A stretch of 64,000 bases of DNA, taken from positions 6,688,001 through 6,752,000 of the forward strand of contig OZ244999.1 in the NCBI GenBank assembly GCA_965223265.1, written 5' to 3'. Position numbers and translations under genes: made by a program. The notes beneath the pieces were generated by a model. That model ran no database searches and was not told the DNA's origin. It saw only the letters and a program-made list of their open reading frames with translations. The DNA comes from Planctomycetota bacterium. GTDB lineage: Bacteria; Planctomycetota; UBA8108; SXIK01. Positions 39,592-49,577 of this stretch are shown piece after piece. Every line of letters begins with the position of its first letter. Position 1 is the stretch's first letter.

Positions 39592-41574
39592 ATGTCAAAT
39601 TTGGTGACCACATTCACGTCGCCAGAGAGAACGCGCTCTGGGCAACCAAAGATCATGAAGAGTCACTCGTCTACGCAGTCAATTACCGAACCGCTCGAGC
39701 ATACCGAACGGGCGAGGCAACACTCAGCTGACAATGCGGAGAACAAGAGCCCCTCATCTCTTGCTCAACTGTGTGCCGCCTGGATCGAGAATCAATGCCG
39801 CAACACGGGCGCAATTAGCTCAGCGTTCGCAACCCTCTTGAGTGCCGAGTCAGGCGACGCGATCAAACTTTCGTGGCCGCACTCGATCGCCACATCTTCG
39901 GAAGTCGAGCTGACAGCGGCTTCCGTCGAGAAGGAACAGCGCGTTGTTGTTCGCCGAGTTACGCGGAAGACCACAGACACGTCGACGGGGGAGGCGGCCA
40001 AGTCGATCCACATCGGACTGCCGCTCAACCGCGGCTCCGATCGTATCGGCACCGCGGTATTCGTTACGCACGATCAGTCCGACGGTTCGACGCATGCTCT
40101 TGCCAAGAGGCTCTATCAGAGCAGCGATTGGATCGATGAGCTCGCAGGGCCGATAACATCGCGGTCGCCAACCGAGAACTCCGCCTCAACAACCTCTCCC
40201 GATCTCCGCTTCGTGTTCGAGAGGTTTTGCACGCTGCTGGAGCAGGACCACTGGGAGACCGCATTGACTGCGTTCATGACGGAGTTGGCCTCTCACTTCG
40301 ACTGCGATCGCGCCAGCCTCGGGTTCGCGCAGCGCGGGCAGATTCGCCTCGCCGTCGTCTCAAGCACGGTGGAACTCGATCGCAAGACGAATGCAGCCCG
40401 CGCGATCGAGCGCTGCATGGACGAATGCTATCACCAAAGCGCGATCATAAAGTATCCGGCATCCGCGGCTGCGAGTGGGTCAGAATTTCGACTGACACGA
40501 GCTCACGATGAGTTGGCAAGGGAACTCAAGGCCGCTGCCATCTACTCCCTCCCCATTGTCGCTCACGGGGAAGTGATCGGGGTCGCAACCTTCGAGCATC
40601 GCGGCGCGGACGGACTCAGCGACCGAGCCATCTCGCTGTGCGATCTGGTGCTCGGAATGGCAGCTCCCTACCTACGACTGAGGCTTCGTGAACAGCGCCC
40701 GTGGTCAATCCGCGCGGCAGACGCGGCTGCAGACCTCAAGTCACGCTTCGCCTCGAAGGGCCATCGCGGCTGGAAAATCGGCGCTGCCTGCGCAGTGTTA
40801 GGTAGCCTCTTTCTATTCTTTGCCCACGGAGACTTCAGAGTTACGTCCCCTGGAATCCTGGAAGGATCGGTACAACGCTCACTCGTCGCCCCGTTTGACG
40901 GGTTCGTGCGAAGCTCCGAGATCCGGGCCGGTGAGGTCATTGCACAAGGCACAACACTTTGCACTCTGGATGATCGAGACCTCACACTCGAGGAGAGTAA
41001 GTGGCGCAGTGAGAAAGAGCAGATCGACAAACAGTACCAACAAGCCCTAGCCGAGCATGACGCCGTCGGACTCAAGATGCTCGCCGCGCGGAGCCGGCAG
41101 GCCGAGGCGCAGTTGAACTTGATTCGTGATCACATCAGGAAGACCCGTGTGGTTGCACCATTCGATGGAGTTGTCGTCCGCGGCGACTTGAGTCAGTCGA
41201 TCGGGGCGCCGGTGGCGCGTGGTGACGTACTCTATCAGATCGCTCCGCTCGATGGGTATCGAGTCAGCTTGCTGGTGGATGAACGAGATATCGCACACGT
41301 GAGCGAGTCGCAGCACGGCCGACTTGTGCTTCCGGCGTTTCCAGGTGAAAGCCTGCCGTTTGTTGTCACGAACGTCACGCCTGTCTCCACGACCGAGGAA
41401 GGACGAAATCACTTTCGCGTCGAAGCGAAACTGACTGAGAGGCCGAGTATTCGACTTCGTCCTGGTATGGAAGGTGTCGCCAAAATCGAAGTCGGTTCAA
41501 GAAACCTGTTCTACATCTGGACCCGCGGCGCCATTGAATGGCTGCAGCTGTGGTCATGGAAGTGGCTCCCATAG
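39592..41574 (+). CDS. GAF-domain HlyD-family membrane fusion protein
   Basis: GAF-like region (CDRASLG, AIERCMDEC, SLPIVAHGEVIGVATFE), one TM, APFDGFV...IRAGEVI, VVAPFDGVVVRGDL, LRPGMEGVAKI. Confidence 0.85.
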   Translation: MSNLVTTFTSPERTRSGQPKIMKSHSSTQSITEPLEHTERARQHSADNAENKSPSSLAQLCAAWIENQCRNTGAISSAFATLLSAESGDAIKLSWPHSIATSSEVELTAASVEKEQRVVVRRVTRKTTDTSTGEAAKSIHIGLPLNRGSDRIGTAVFVTHDQSDGSTHALAKRLYQSSDWIDELAGPITSRSPTENSASTTSPDLRFVFERFCTLLEQDHWETALTAFMTELASHFDCDRASLGFAQRGQIRLAVVSSTVELDRKTNAARAIERCMDECYHQSAIIKYPASAAASGSEFRLTRAHDELARELKAAAIYSLPIVAHGEVIGVATFEHRGADGLSDRAISLCDLVLGMAAPYLRLRLREQRPWSIRAADAAADLKSRFASKGHRGWKIGAACAVLGSLFLFFAHGDFRVTSPGILEGSVQRSLVAPFDGFVRSSEIRAGEVIAQGTTLCTLDDRDLTLEESKWRSEKEQIDKQYQQALAEHDAVGLKMLAARSRQAEAQLNLIRDHIRKTRVVAPFDGVVVRGDLSQSIGAPVARGDVLYQIAPLDGYRVSLLVDERDIAHVSESQHGRLVLPAFPGESLPFVVTNVTPVSTTEEGRNHFRVEAKLTERPSIRLRPGMEGVAKIEVGSRNLFYIWTRGAIEWLQLWSWKWLP

Positions 41575-41585
41575 GGATCGACGCG

Positions 41586-43769
41586 ATGGCGGGAACAAAT
41601 CACACAACCACGACCGACCGCGGCGCTGGAAGCTCCACAGCGAGCCCTTGGTGGGCACGTGTGGCCGATTTGCGTCCGCGGGTGCGGTCTCACGTCCGCC
41701 TCCATCGCCATGAGTATCGAGGTCAGGTCTGGTATGTCCTACAAAACCTGTTCAATTCACGGCACTTTCGACTGCCACCCAACTCCTATCTTCTTCTGGA
41801 GCTGATGAATGGCGTTCGAACAGTTGACGACATCTGGCAGGAAGCGAAGAGTCGCTTAGAAGACGAAGCTCCAAGCCAATCTCAGTGCATCCATCTGCTG
41901 TCGCAGCTTCACGTCGCCGATGCAATGACGTGTGACACGTCGCCCGACATCTCTCAGATGCTCACTCGATTCGAAAAGCGACATCGGCGTAAGTGGCACG
42001 AAGTATTGATGTCACCCCTGTTCTGGAAGCTGCCCTGCTTCGACCCAGAAAAATTTCTAGAAAAGGCCGCACCGTTGGCGAGGCCACTCTTCGCAAAGTG
42101 GGGCTTGCTCGCCTGGATTTCGGTAGTGGGATACGCAGCATCGCTGGTGGTCACCCACTGGCCTGATCTGACGGAGAACATCAGGGATCGAGTCTTTACC
42201 CCACAAAGCCTATTTCTGCTTTGGATTCTCTTCCCGATCTTGAAGACGATCCACGAGTTCGGCCACGCGATCGCCGTCAAGGTGTACGGCGGCGAAGTTC
42301 ACCGCGTCGGACTAATGCTTCTCGTCCTGACGCCGTTGCCATACATCGACGCCTCGGCTGCTTCCACCTTTCGCCGCAAACGAGAACGCGTAATCGTCGG
42401 ACTCGCGGGCATGATGGTCGAGCTTTTCGTTGCATCGATAGCGTTCTTTCTGTGGCTAAACGTCGAAGCCGGTACCGTCAAGACGATCCTCTACAACGTC
42501 ATTCTCCTCGCCGGTGTCACGACGGTCCTTTTCAACATCAACCCACTTCTGCGCTTCGACGGCTACTATGTTCTCTCCGACCTGATCGAAATCCCAAACC
42601 TTCGATCGCGATCGACCCAGTATCTACGCTACTTGATTGAACGCTACGTCTTCGGAGTTCGATTGCCTGCGTTCAATGCGGCCAAGAATGAACGCATGTG
42701 GCTTGTCAGCTACTCCGTTCTCTCGTTTCTCTACCGGATGATGATTCTCACAGGAATCATCATCTTCATCGCCGGGAAGTTCTTCTTCGTCGGCATCCTC
42801 TTGGCACTCTGGGGTTTCTCGTGTTGGATCGCCTGGCCGCTCTGGAAGAGTGGCCGCTACATCTTGACGCATCCCCGTCTCGATGCCGTTCGAGTGCGAG
42901 CTGCAGCGTCGGCGGCGGCAATCTTGCTTGCAGGCATCGTCCTTGTCTGCGCGATTCCTTTCCCCCTTGGTACGTACTGCGAGGGTGTCGTGTGGGTACC
43001 GAACGAGGGCGCCGTTCGTTCGACGGCAGACGGGTTCGTCACTTCGGTGCCGGCCGCTTCCGGGTCGACGGTGACCAAGGGTACGACGCTCATCGTTTGC
43101 GAGGATCCGATCGTCGACACGGGAATCGTGGCTCTTGAGGCAGAGCTTGAGGCACTGCAAGCGGAGTACGACAACGTCTGGAGACACGATCACGCCAAGG
43201 CAAAGATCGTCGATGAGAAGATCTCCCAAATCAAATCTAAGCTCTCCCGACAGATCGAGCGGCGCGCAGACCTCACCGTCGCGGCGCATTGCGACGGCAC
43301 CTTGGTGCTCCCTGTTTCTCAAGATCTCGTAGGGCGTTTCGTGGAGCAGGGAACGCTACTGGGCCACGTGCTCGATCTTGAGCAGGTGAAAGTACGCGTC
43401 GTCGTACCAGAGGGGTCGATCGATCTTGTTCGCGACACAACGAGGGCTGTTGAGCTTCGTCTAGCCGAGCGCGTCGGCGCGACCGTCCCGGCAAAGGTGG
43501 TTCGGGAAGTACCAGCTGTCTCGCAGGAGCTTCCGAGCGTCGCACTCGGAACGAGCGGCGGCGGCAGTATCGCGGTCGACCCTGCAGACGCCAAAGGCCT
43601 CACCGCACTGGATCGGTTCTATCAATTGGAACTCGAATGTGCGACGGCGGGTGGTGTCGTCAACGTCGGTGGCCGGGCGTTCGTACGCTTCGACCACGGC
43701 TGGGAACCGCTCGCGTGGCGCTGGTACCGCAGTGTTCGCCGACTTTTCTTGCGCCGCTTCAGCGTTTAA
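41586..43769 (+). CDS. M50 (site-2) metalloprotease fused to an HlyD-like domain, with a possible N-terminal PqqD-like domain
   Basis: HEFGH (HExxH) in a TM region, NINPLLRFDGYY (NxxPxxxxDG), several TMs, C-terminal STADGFV...GSTVTKG lipoyl-like hairpin and coiled coil; N-terminal LMNGVRTVDDIW resembles a PqqD-like winged helix. Confidence 0.88.
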   Translation: MAGTNHTTTTDRGAGSSTASPWWARVADLRPRVRSHVRLHRHEYRGQVWYVLQNLFNSRHFRLPPNSYLLLELMNGVRTVDDIWQEAKSRLEDEAPSQSQCIHLLSQLHVADAMTCDTSPDISQMLTRFEKRHRRKWHEVLMSPLFWKLPCFDPEKFLEKAAPLARPLFAKWGLLAWISVVGYAASLVVTHWPDLTENIRDRVFTPQSLFLLWILFPILKTIHEFGHAIAVKVYGGEVHRVGLMLLVLTPLPYIDASAASTFRRKRERVIVGLAGMMVELFVASIAFFLWLNVEAGTVKTILYNVILLAGVTTVLFNINPLLRFDGYYVLSDLIEIPNLRSRSTQYLRYLIERYVFGVRLPAFNAAKNERMWLVSYSVLSFLYRMMILTGIIIFIAGKFFFVGILLALWGFSCWIAWPLWKSGRYILTHPRLDAVRVRAAASAAAILLAGIVLVCAIPFPLGTYCEGVVWVPNEGAVRSTADGFVTSVPAASGSTVTKGTTLIVCEDPIVDTGIVALEAELEALQAEYDNVWRHDHAKAKIVDEKISQIKSKLSRQIERRADLTVAAHCDGTLVLPVSQDLVGRFVEQGTLLGHVLDLEQVKVRVVVPEGSIDLVRDTTRAVELRLAERVGATVPAKVVREVPAVSQELPSVALGTSGGGSIAVDPADAKGLTALDRFYQLELECATAGGVVNVGGRAFVRFDHGWEPLAWRWYRSVRRLFLRRFSV

Positions 43770-43779
43770 GGAACCCCTG

Positions 43780-45501
43780 ATGTTTACCACGCACTTCATA
43801 CCGCGTCCTCTACGAGGCGCCTATGCCGAGCGGTCTCCCGACGAGAGAGTCTTGCGAAGAATTCCGCTCGCACCTCTAGCAACAAAAGCCATCGCCCGCC
43901 TACAGCTTCACAAGGTCAACAGTATCATTCGGCACGTGTTGGAACATGAAGAGACCTTCTACGGCCTCTCCATGGACAAACTTCGATGCGAGATCGCCGC
44001 GACGCGATCCGCCTTACGAAGCGAAGGCATGACCCGTGCCGTCGTTGGCCGCTGTATCGCACTCCACCGCGAGGCATTCACACGCTTGGAGTCACGTCAT
44101 CCTCCGATTTCGCACGCTCTCGCGACACTCGAGTTGCTGCGGGGACGCGCAGTCGAAGTCGATGACCCGTCGGCGCGCCGCTTCGCGGTTCTCGCCGCAA
44201 GCTCGATCGCAGCCCTCGCGGGTGTGCCCGTTCACGTGATTTCCACAACAGACGACGACGCCAAAAGGAATGCAAACGATGCTGAGGAACTCTGCAGCAT
44301 CACTGGGGTGCGAATCGGAACGATCCGTTCCGGTTTGTGTGCTACTGAACGACGCGCAGCGTACGCTCAAGACATCACGTTCGTGGCCGCCGACGAAGTC
44401 GCCCTCGATTCATTGCGAGATCAACAACTTCTCGGCGGTTCGCCGAGCAGGCTTCGCCTGAATCTCGAGAACGTCGCGTCGTCACGACCTCGAGAACGCT
44501 TCCTTCTCCTTCGAGGACTTCACTGCGCCATCATCGACGGTATCGACGATGTCCTCCTGAGTGCGAACGCCAGACCTGTTCAGCTCCACGCGCCGGTCGC
44601 GTCCTCCTCCGAGAGACCCGACAGCTCGGCGAACAGACAGCCGCTTGCGGTGAGCAGCTATCCAGCATTCTTCACGCGATACTTGCAGATTGCGGGCGTC
44701 GGCTCCTCGCTTAGTCAAAGGGTCGACGAGCTCACCGCGAGTTACAATCTCTCTGTAGTCAGTGTAGCTGGCTGCAAAGCTAGAGTGGCGAACGTTACAG
44801 AACGACAAGGTCAGCGCAGGATCTTTCGAAGGGACGGAGACTACTGGCAGGCGCTCGTCGACCGCGTCGGCTCACTCTGCCGTGCCGGCAATAGGCCGAT
44901 CGTCGCCATGGCAACCGTAGAGTCTCTAGACGAGCTCGCCGCCCGCCTGGCGACAACGCACGTCCCCTTCCAGACGCTCCCCATGAGTCGCGAGTCACAA
45001 GGGACACCGTCAAGGAAAGAGTCGGAGCTCACGTCGCGATGCTCAAGTAAGACCGCTGCGGCCATCCTAACGACCGACACGGCGTTGAGCCAAGTGGAGG
45101 TCGCTCGGCTGTCGCAGATCGGAAGCGGTGGAAGCCACCTCATCACCACTTACTGCGGCGGCGCGGCAACGGCACGGCGATTCTTTCACCGACTGCCGCG
45201 AACGGAACAACCCATCGTTCACGAGGAGTACCTGTCGTGCGAGAGCGAACTCGCCCTGGCGAAGCTTCCGTGGTGGTGTCGATTGCTGGAGCGCTCGCCT
45301 CGGCTGCAGCGACAACTCTGGGTAGGGAGGGTTCTTCTTTGGTCGGCGCAAAAACGATCCGAACGTCTTGCCCGCGCCATGCGACGCCGAACGGCGCGCC
45401 AAAGTGACCTTCTCCAAGAGCAAGTGAAACAAACACTCGCGTTCTCCGGAACCTACACAAAACCACAAACGCGACCAGACCCGTCTATCGCGAAACGGTA
45501 G
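43780..45501 (+). CDS. Degenerate SecA DEAD-like protein
   Basis: SecA-like segments ALAGVPVHVIS, RRAAYAQDITF, DSLRD, LRGLHCAIID, FFTRYLQIAG; catalytic motifs are altered; aagga RBS before ATG 43780. Confidence 0.8.
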   Translation: MFTTHFIPRPLRGAYAERSPDERVLRRIPLAPLATKAIARLQLHKVNSIIRHVLEHEETFYGLSMDKLRCEIAATRSALRSEGMTRAVVGRCIALHREAFTRLESRHPPISHALATLELLRGRAVEVDDPSARRFAVLAASSIAALAGVPVHVISTTDDDAKRNANDAEELCSITGVRIGTIRSGLCATERRAAYAQDITFVAADEVALDSLRDQQLLGGSPSRLRLNLENVASSRPRERFLLLRGLHCAIIDGIDDVLLSANARPVQLHAPVASSSERPDSSANRQPLAVSSYPAFFTRYLQIAGVGSSLSQRVDELTASYNLSVVSVAGCKARVANVTERQGQRRIFRRDGDYWQALVDRVGSLCRAGNRPIVAMATVESLDELAARLATTHVPFQTLPMSRESQGTPSRKESELTSRCSSKTAAAILTTDTALSQVEVARLSQIGSGGSHLITTYCGGAATARRFFHRLPRTEQPIVHEEYLSCESELALAKLPWWCRLLERSPRLQRQLWVGRVLLWSAQKRSERLARAMRRRTARQSDLLQEQVKQTLAFSGTYTKPQTRPDPSIAKR

Positions 45502-45526
45502 TCCAACAAAAGATCGGGACAAGACC

Positions 45527-46414
45527 ATGCTGCAACGATTCACCTCCAACCCTCTAGCGCCTCCCCTACTGAAGAGAGTTTCGCGCCGCGTAAAGCTAGC
45601 CCTGCCTCTCGCTCTCGCCGTCGTGCTGACGGGACTGAGAAGCCAGGGTGACGAGCCAGGGCAACGCCTCACAGAGTTCGACGGGGTGACGGAGCCCTCG
45701 CAAGAAGTCCTCGTCGCCGCCGCTGCGGATGGACTGATCGCATCGATCGAAGTCGATCGTGGCAGCACGGTGGCGAAGGGACAGATCGTTGCGACGCTCG
45801 AGTCGAGCGTTCAAGCAACACTTTTAGACGTCGCCGAAGCACGAACAGAGTTGACTGCCGATCTCAGACGACAGGAGGCGAGCCTCGAATTCCACCGACT
45901 GAAGGAGCAGCGGGATGAACGCCTTTTCCAAAAAGGAATCATCTCTGATCAGGTCTTCGCCCAAAGCCATCGCGATCGACGCCTGGCCGAAGCGAACCTG
46001 CTCCAAGCCGAAGAAGATTTGCGTCTCGCCAAGCTCGAGAGAGATCACGCTCAGGCAAGGTTGACCCAGCGAACCATCCGCAGTCCTCTCGACGGCGTCG
46101 TGGTGGAGCGTCTTATGTCACCTGGCGAACTGGTCACTCAAGGTCGCAACGCAGAGATTCTGAAAGTTGCGCAGATCAATCCTCTCCACGTCGAAGTCAT
46201 TCTCCCGGTTGAGATCTTCGGCTCCGTCGAGGTTGGAATGCTGGCTGAGATTCGACTTGATTCTTCTGCCGACACTCACCCGGCGGCTGTCACTGTTGTC
46301 GATCGCGTCGTCGACGCCGCCAGTGGCACGTTCGGAATCAGGCTCGAGCTCGCCAACGAAAACGGTGATATACCGGCCGGAGTCAAATGTCGCGTTCGAC
46401 TGGTGCGGGAATGA
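45527..46414 (+). CDS. RND/HlyD-type periplasmic adaptor (membrane fusion protein)
   Basis: ADGLIASIEVDRGSTVAKGQ, IRSPLDGVVVER, VDRVVDAASGTF, IPAGVKC. Confidence 0.9.
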   Translation: MLQRFTSNPLAPPLLKRVSRRVKLALPLALAVVLTGLRSQGDEPGQRLTEFDGVTEPSQEVLVAAAADGLIASIEVDRGSTVAKGQIVATLESSVQATLLDVAEARTELTADLRRQEASLEFHRLKEQRDERLFQKGIISDQVFAQSHRDRRLAEANLLQAEEDLRLAKLERDHAQARLTQRTIRSPLDGVVVERLMSPGELVTQGRNAEILKVAQINPLHVEVILPVEIFGSVEVGMLAEIRLDSSADTHPAAVTVVDRVVDAASGTFGIRLELANENGDIPAGVKCRVRLVRE

Positions 46415-48159
46415 CCATCGTCTCCCCCCGCCTTCCCACCACTGAACCCACGAACCGTTTGGTCTACCTCACGAACGCGCGGAGAACCTGTCTGGATGCG
46501 TCCGTGAGCCGCCTGACGCTGCTGTGGGCAACTCTCTGCCTGGGCCTCGCGACGCAGCATAGCGACGCCGCGCCACGCAGCAGCGCGAAATCGACGGCGA
46601 TTGCGCCGAAAGACATGTCATCGTCTGTCGACGTCGCAACGCGATCGAGCGGCGCACAAGCGGAGAAGGCGATCATAGAGATTTCCGTCGAGGAAGCGAT
46701 TCGCATGGCACTCGCGAATAGCTTTGACGTCAAAATCGCTTCGACCGGCCACAGAATTCGACAGCGCGAAGTGGCGATCGAGAGAGCCGAGTTCGACCCT
46801 TTCTTCTTCGGAGGTACGGACTACTCCAAGAATCGCAAGCCGACAGCCAGCTTTCTTGATGTAGGCAATACCGCACTTCAAGGCGTCACGAATAACCCGT
46901 TCGAGACGTGGAGCTACCACGTTGGCATCGGCGGAAAGTCCTGGCTGGGAACGCTCTACAGTGTGGAGCTGCGCCACTCAGCCCTCGATCAACCACTGGC
47001 CAACCAAACAATCTTCGGCATCAACCCGCAGGAACAGGTCACCGCGACATTTGAGGTCACACAGCCCCTCCTACGTGGAGGTTGGCAGCAGTACAACTCT
47101 GCGCGAATCCGCATCGCCGCAAACGACGAGCAGATCTCGCAGCACGACCTGAAGCACCGCGCTACCGAAATCCTATACTCCGTCGAAGTCACCTATTGGC
47201 GACTTAGCTATGCAATCAAGAACTACGAGTCGAAGCAAAAAGCTCTTCAAGCGACGAACGACTACCTCGCGATCGTACGGACAGCTCACGAGGCTGGCGC
47301 CATGTCTGTCAGCGATTTGCTGTCCGCGAAGAGCCAACTGGCGCTGCGCAAAGTAGAACTCAACGAAAGCCTTGTTCTCGTTCGCGACACACGCGATCGG
47401 CTGCTTCTTTTGGTCAATCGCGGCGGCGGCGAAGAATCGCTCAAGGAAAAGTGGCGCAACGGCGTTCTCGAACCGACCTTTGACGACGTCTGGGTCATCC
47501 CGACGTCGGAACCTGACACGACTCCGATGTCACCGAGCCGAACTCAGTCTCTCGAAATCGCATTCGATCAGCGCGCCGACTACAGACAACTACTTCTCCA
47601 CGACAAAAGCCATCGAGTCGGTGCTCAAGTAGCAAAGAACGAGTCGCTCCCGGATCTCAACGCCCTGTTTCGGTGGCAACAATTCGGCCTTGACGACGAC
47701 TTCGGTGCGTCGTATTCCTCGCTGGGTGACGGGGACTTTTACGGCTGGACGGTTGGGGTGGAGCTTCGATTTCCGCTCTTCAATCGCGGCCCCAAGGAGC
47801 GTTACTGGCAAGCTCTCGACCGGATCTCTGAGACCAATCTCCGACGCAGAAAGCTGGAGAATCAAATCGTCGCACAAGTCGACCAGAGCATTCGCAACCT
47901 CGCGGCGATCCAGGAGAGGCTGGCGGATTTGGCCGAACGGGTCGAGCTTCAAAACGAGCTTCTGCAGCAAGAGCGCGACAAGCTCCAGCTCGGAAACGCG
48001 ACCGTCTACAACATCACGCTGATGGAAAACGATTTGTTAGAAAGCGAGGCTCTCTCGCTTCGAGCAAAGTCAGAATATCAGGCGGCGAAGGCCGACTACG
48101 CACGAGCGATTGGCACACTACTCTCTGATCGCGGCGTTGAAACAATGGGGACCGAGTAA
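46411..48159 (+). CDS. TolC-family outer membrane channel
   Basis: ISVEEAIRMALANS, VTQPLLRGG, VEVTYWRL, LPDLNA, VGVELRFPLFNR; ATGA overlap with the upstream gene. Confidence 0.88.
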   Translation: MTIVSPRLPTTEPTNRLVYLTNARRTCLDASVSRLTLLWATLCLGLATQHSDAAPRSSAKSTAIAPKDMSSSVDVATRSSGAQAEKAIIEISVEEAIRMALANSFDVKIASTGHRIRQREVAIERAEFDPFFFGGTDYSKNRKPTASFLDVGNTALQGVTNNPFETWSYHVGIGGKSWLGTLYSVELRHSALDQPLANQTIFGINPQEQVTATFEVTQPLLRGGWQQYNSARIRIAANDEQISQHDLKHRATEILYSVEVTYWRLSYAIKNYESKQKALQATNDYLAIVRTAHEAGAMSVSDLLSAKSQLALRKVELNESLVLVRDTRDRLLLLVNRGGGEESLKEKWRNGVLEPTFDDVWVIPTSEPDTTPMSPSRTQSLEIAFDQRADYRQLLLHDKSHRVGAQVAKNESLPDLNALFRWQQFGLDDDFGASYSSLGDGDFYGWTVGVELRFPLFNRGPKERYWQALDRISETNLRRRKLENQIVAQVDQSIRNLAAIQERLADLAERVELQNELLQQERDKLQLGNATVYNITLMENDLLESEALSLRAKSEYQAAKADYARAIGTLLSDRGVETMGTE

Positions 48160-48242
48160 CCCTCGACTCTGACGAGAATCGTCGGTTAATATGGGTTATC
48201 CGTAGATTGAATACCCCCATCCATCCGTAGGAGGAGCGCGGG

Positions 48243-49535
48243 ATGGCGACGGAAATCCGCATGCCGCAGTTGGGCGAGAGCATTGCCGAGGCGACTCTGG
48301 TCCGATGGTTCAAATCGGCTGGGGAGTTCATCGAACGAGATGAGCCGCTCTTCGAGGTTTCCACCGACAAAGTCGACACGGAGGTGCCTTCGACAACGAG
48401 CGGCTACCTGAGTCGCATCCTCGTCGAGGAGGGAGAGACGGTGGCGGTGAACACCGTCGTCTGCGTCTTGTCCCAGACTCCGGAGGAACCTCAAGGCAAA
48501 GGTGGGCAAGACGAGACGAAGTCTCACGGCCAAAGTGACGTCGCAGTCGGAGCAGTCCCCGCCAGCGCAGCGACGGCGGCGGCTACAACGTCGCCGGGTT
48601 CGAGTCTGACGTCGTCCGCGACGATCGAATCGTTTCCGAAGACGCCGGAATCGGAACTCAAGGAACGCTTACGGGCCAAGTCGTCACCACTCGTGCGCCG
48701 TCTGGCGGCCGAGCACGGCATAGACCTTTCGACCCTCCGCGGCACGGGAATTCACGGGCGCGTGACGAAGAAGGACTTGCTCGCTCACTTGGCAAGGACT
48801 GATACGAAATCATCAACTGGTGATTCGCCGACTTCGGGCGATCGTGTCGAGCCTCTGTCGCCGATGCGTCGGCAGATCGCTGAGCACATGGTTCTGAGTC
48901 GACGCACGTCGGCTCATGTGACAACCGTTTTCGAGGTGGACATGTCTCGCGTCAGAGCGGCGCGCGATAGTCTCCGCCCTCTCATGCAGGAGAGATGGGG
49001 CACTAAACTGAACGATCTGGCAATCATTTTGAAGATCGTCGCCGAAGGCCTGCAAGCCTTTCCGATCTTAAATGCGTCCCTCGAAGAAGGACAGATCCGC
49101 TACCACGGCAACGTCAACATCGGTGTTGCCGTAGCCGTCGAGCATGGCTTGCTGGTCCCAGTTGTGCGTGACGTCGATCGCCAGGCGTTAGCCGAGGTGT
49201 CGCGGACGGTGGAAGACCTCGCCGGGCGGGCGCGCACGAAGAAACTGAAGCCTGACGAGGTGCACGGCGGAACCTTCACGGTCACGAATCCAGGGGCCTT
49301 TGGGGCGATCATCGGAACACCGATCATCCATCAACCGCAGGTCGGGATTCTCTGCGTCGGCAAGATTGAAAAGCGGCCCGTAGTTCTTCCCGAATCGGAC
49401 GCGATCGCCGTGCGCACGATGGCCTATCTGAGCCTCAGCTACGACCATCGACTCATCGATGGTGTCACGGCGGATCAGTTCCTCGCGACGCTCAAAGATC
49501 GAATGGAAACGACGACCCCCGCTGATTGGGCATAG
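48243..49535 (+). CDS. 2-oxoacid dehydrogenase E2 dihydrolipoamide acyltransferase (SucB-like)
   Basis: Lipoyl domain EVSTDKVDTEV, E3-binding SSPLVRRLA...GTGIHGRVTK, catalytic GGTFTVTN and DHRLIDG; aggag RBS. Confidence 0.93.
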   Translation: MATEIRMPQLGESIAEATLVRWFKSAGEFIERDEPLFEVSTDKVDTEVPSTTSGYLSRILVEEGETVAVNTVVCVLSQTPEEPQGKGGQDETKSHGQSDVAVGAVPASAATAAATTSPGSSLTSSATIESFPKTPESELKERLRAKSSPLVRRLAAEHGIDLSTLRGTGIHGRVTKKDLLAHLARTDTKSSTGDSPTSGDRVEPLSPMRRQIAEHMVLSRRTSAHVTTVFEVDMSRVRAARDSLRPLMQERWGTKLNDLAIILKIVAEGLQAFPILNASLEEGQIRYHGNVNIGVAVAVEHGLLVPVVRDVDRQALAEVSRTVEDLAGRARTKKLKPDEVHGGTFTVTNPGAFGAIIGTPIIHQPQVGILCVGKIEKRPVVLPESDAIAVRTMAYLSLSYDHRLIDGVTADQFLATLKDRMETTTPADWA

Positions 49536-49577
49536 TGCATACTGGGCGTCTTCAGCGAAACAGTTTTTGCCGACAAC

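Noticed and set aside
43780-45501. Housekeeping secA
   Set aside because: Too short, ATPase motifs lost, PPXD missing.
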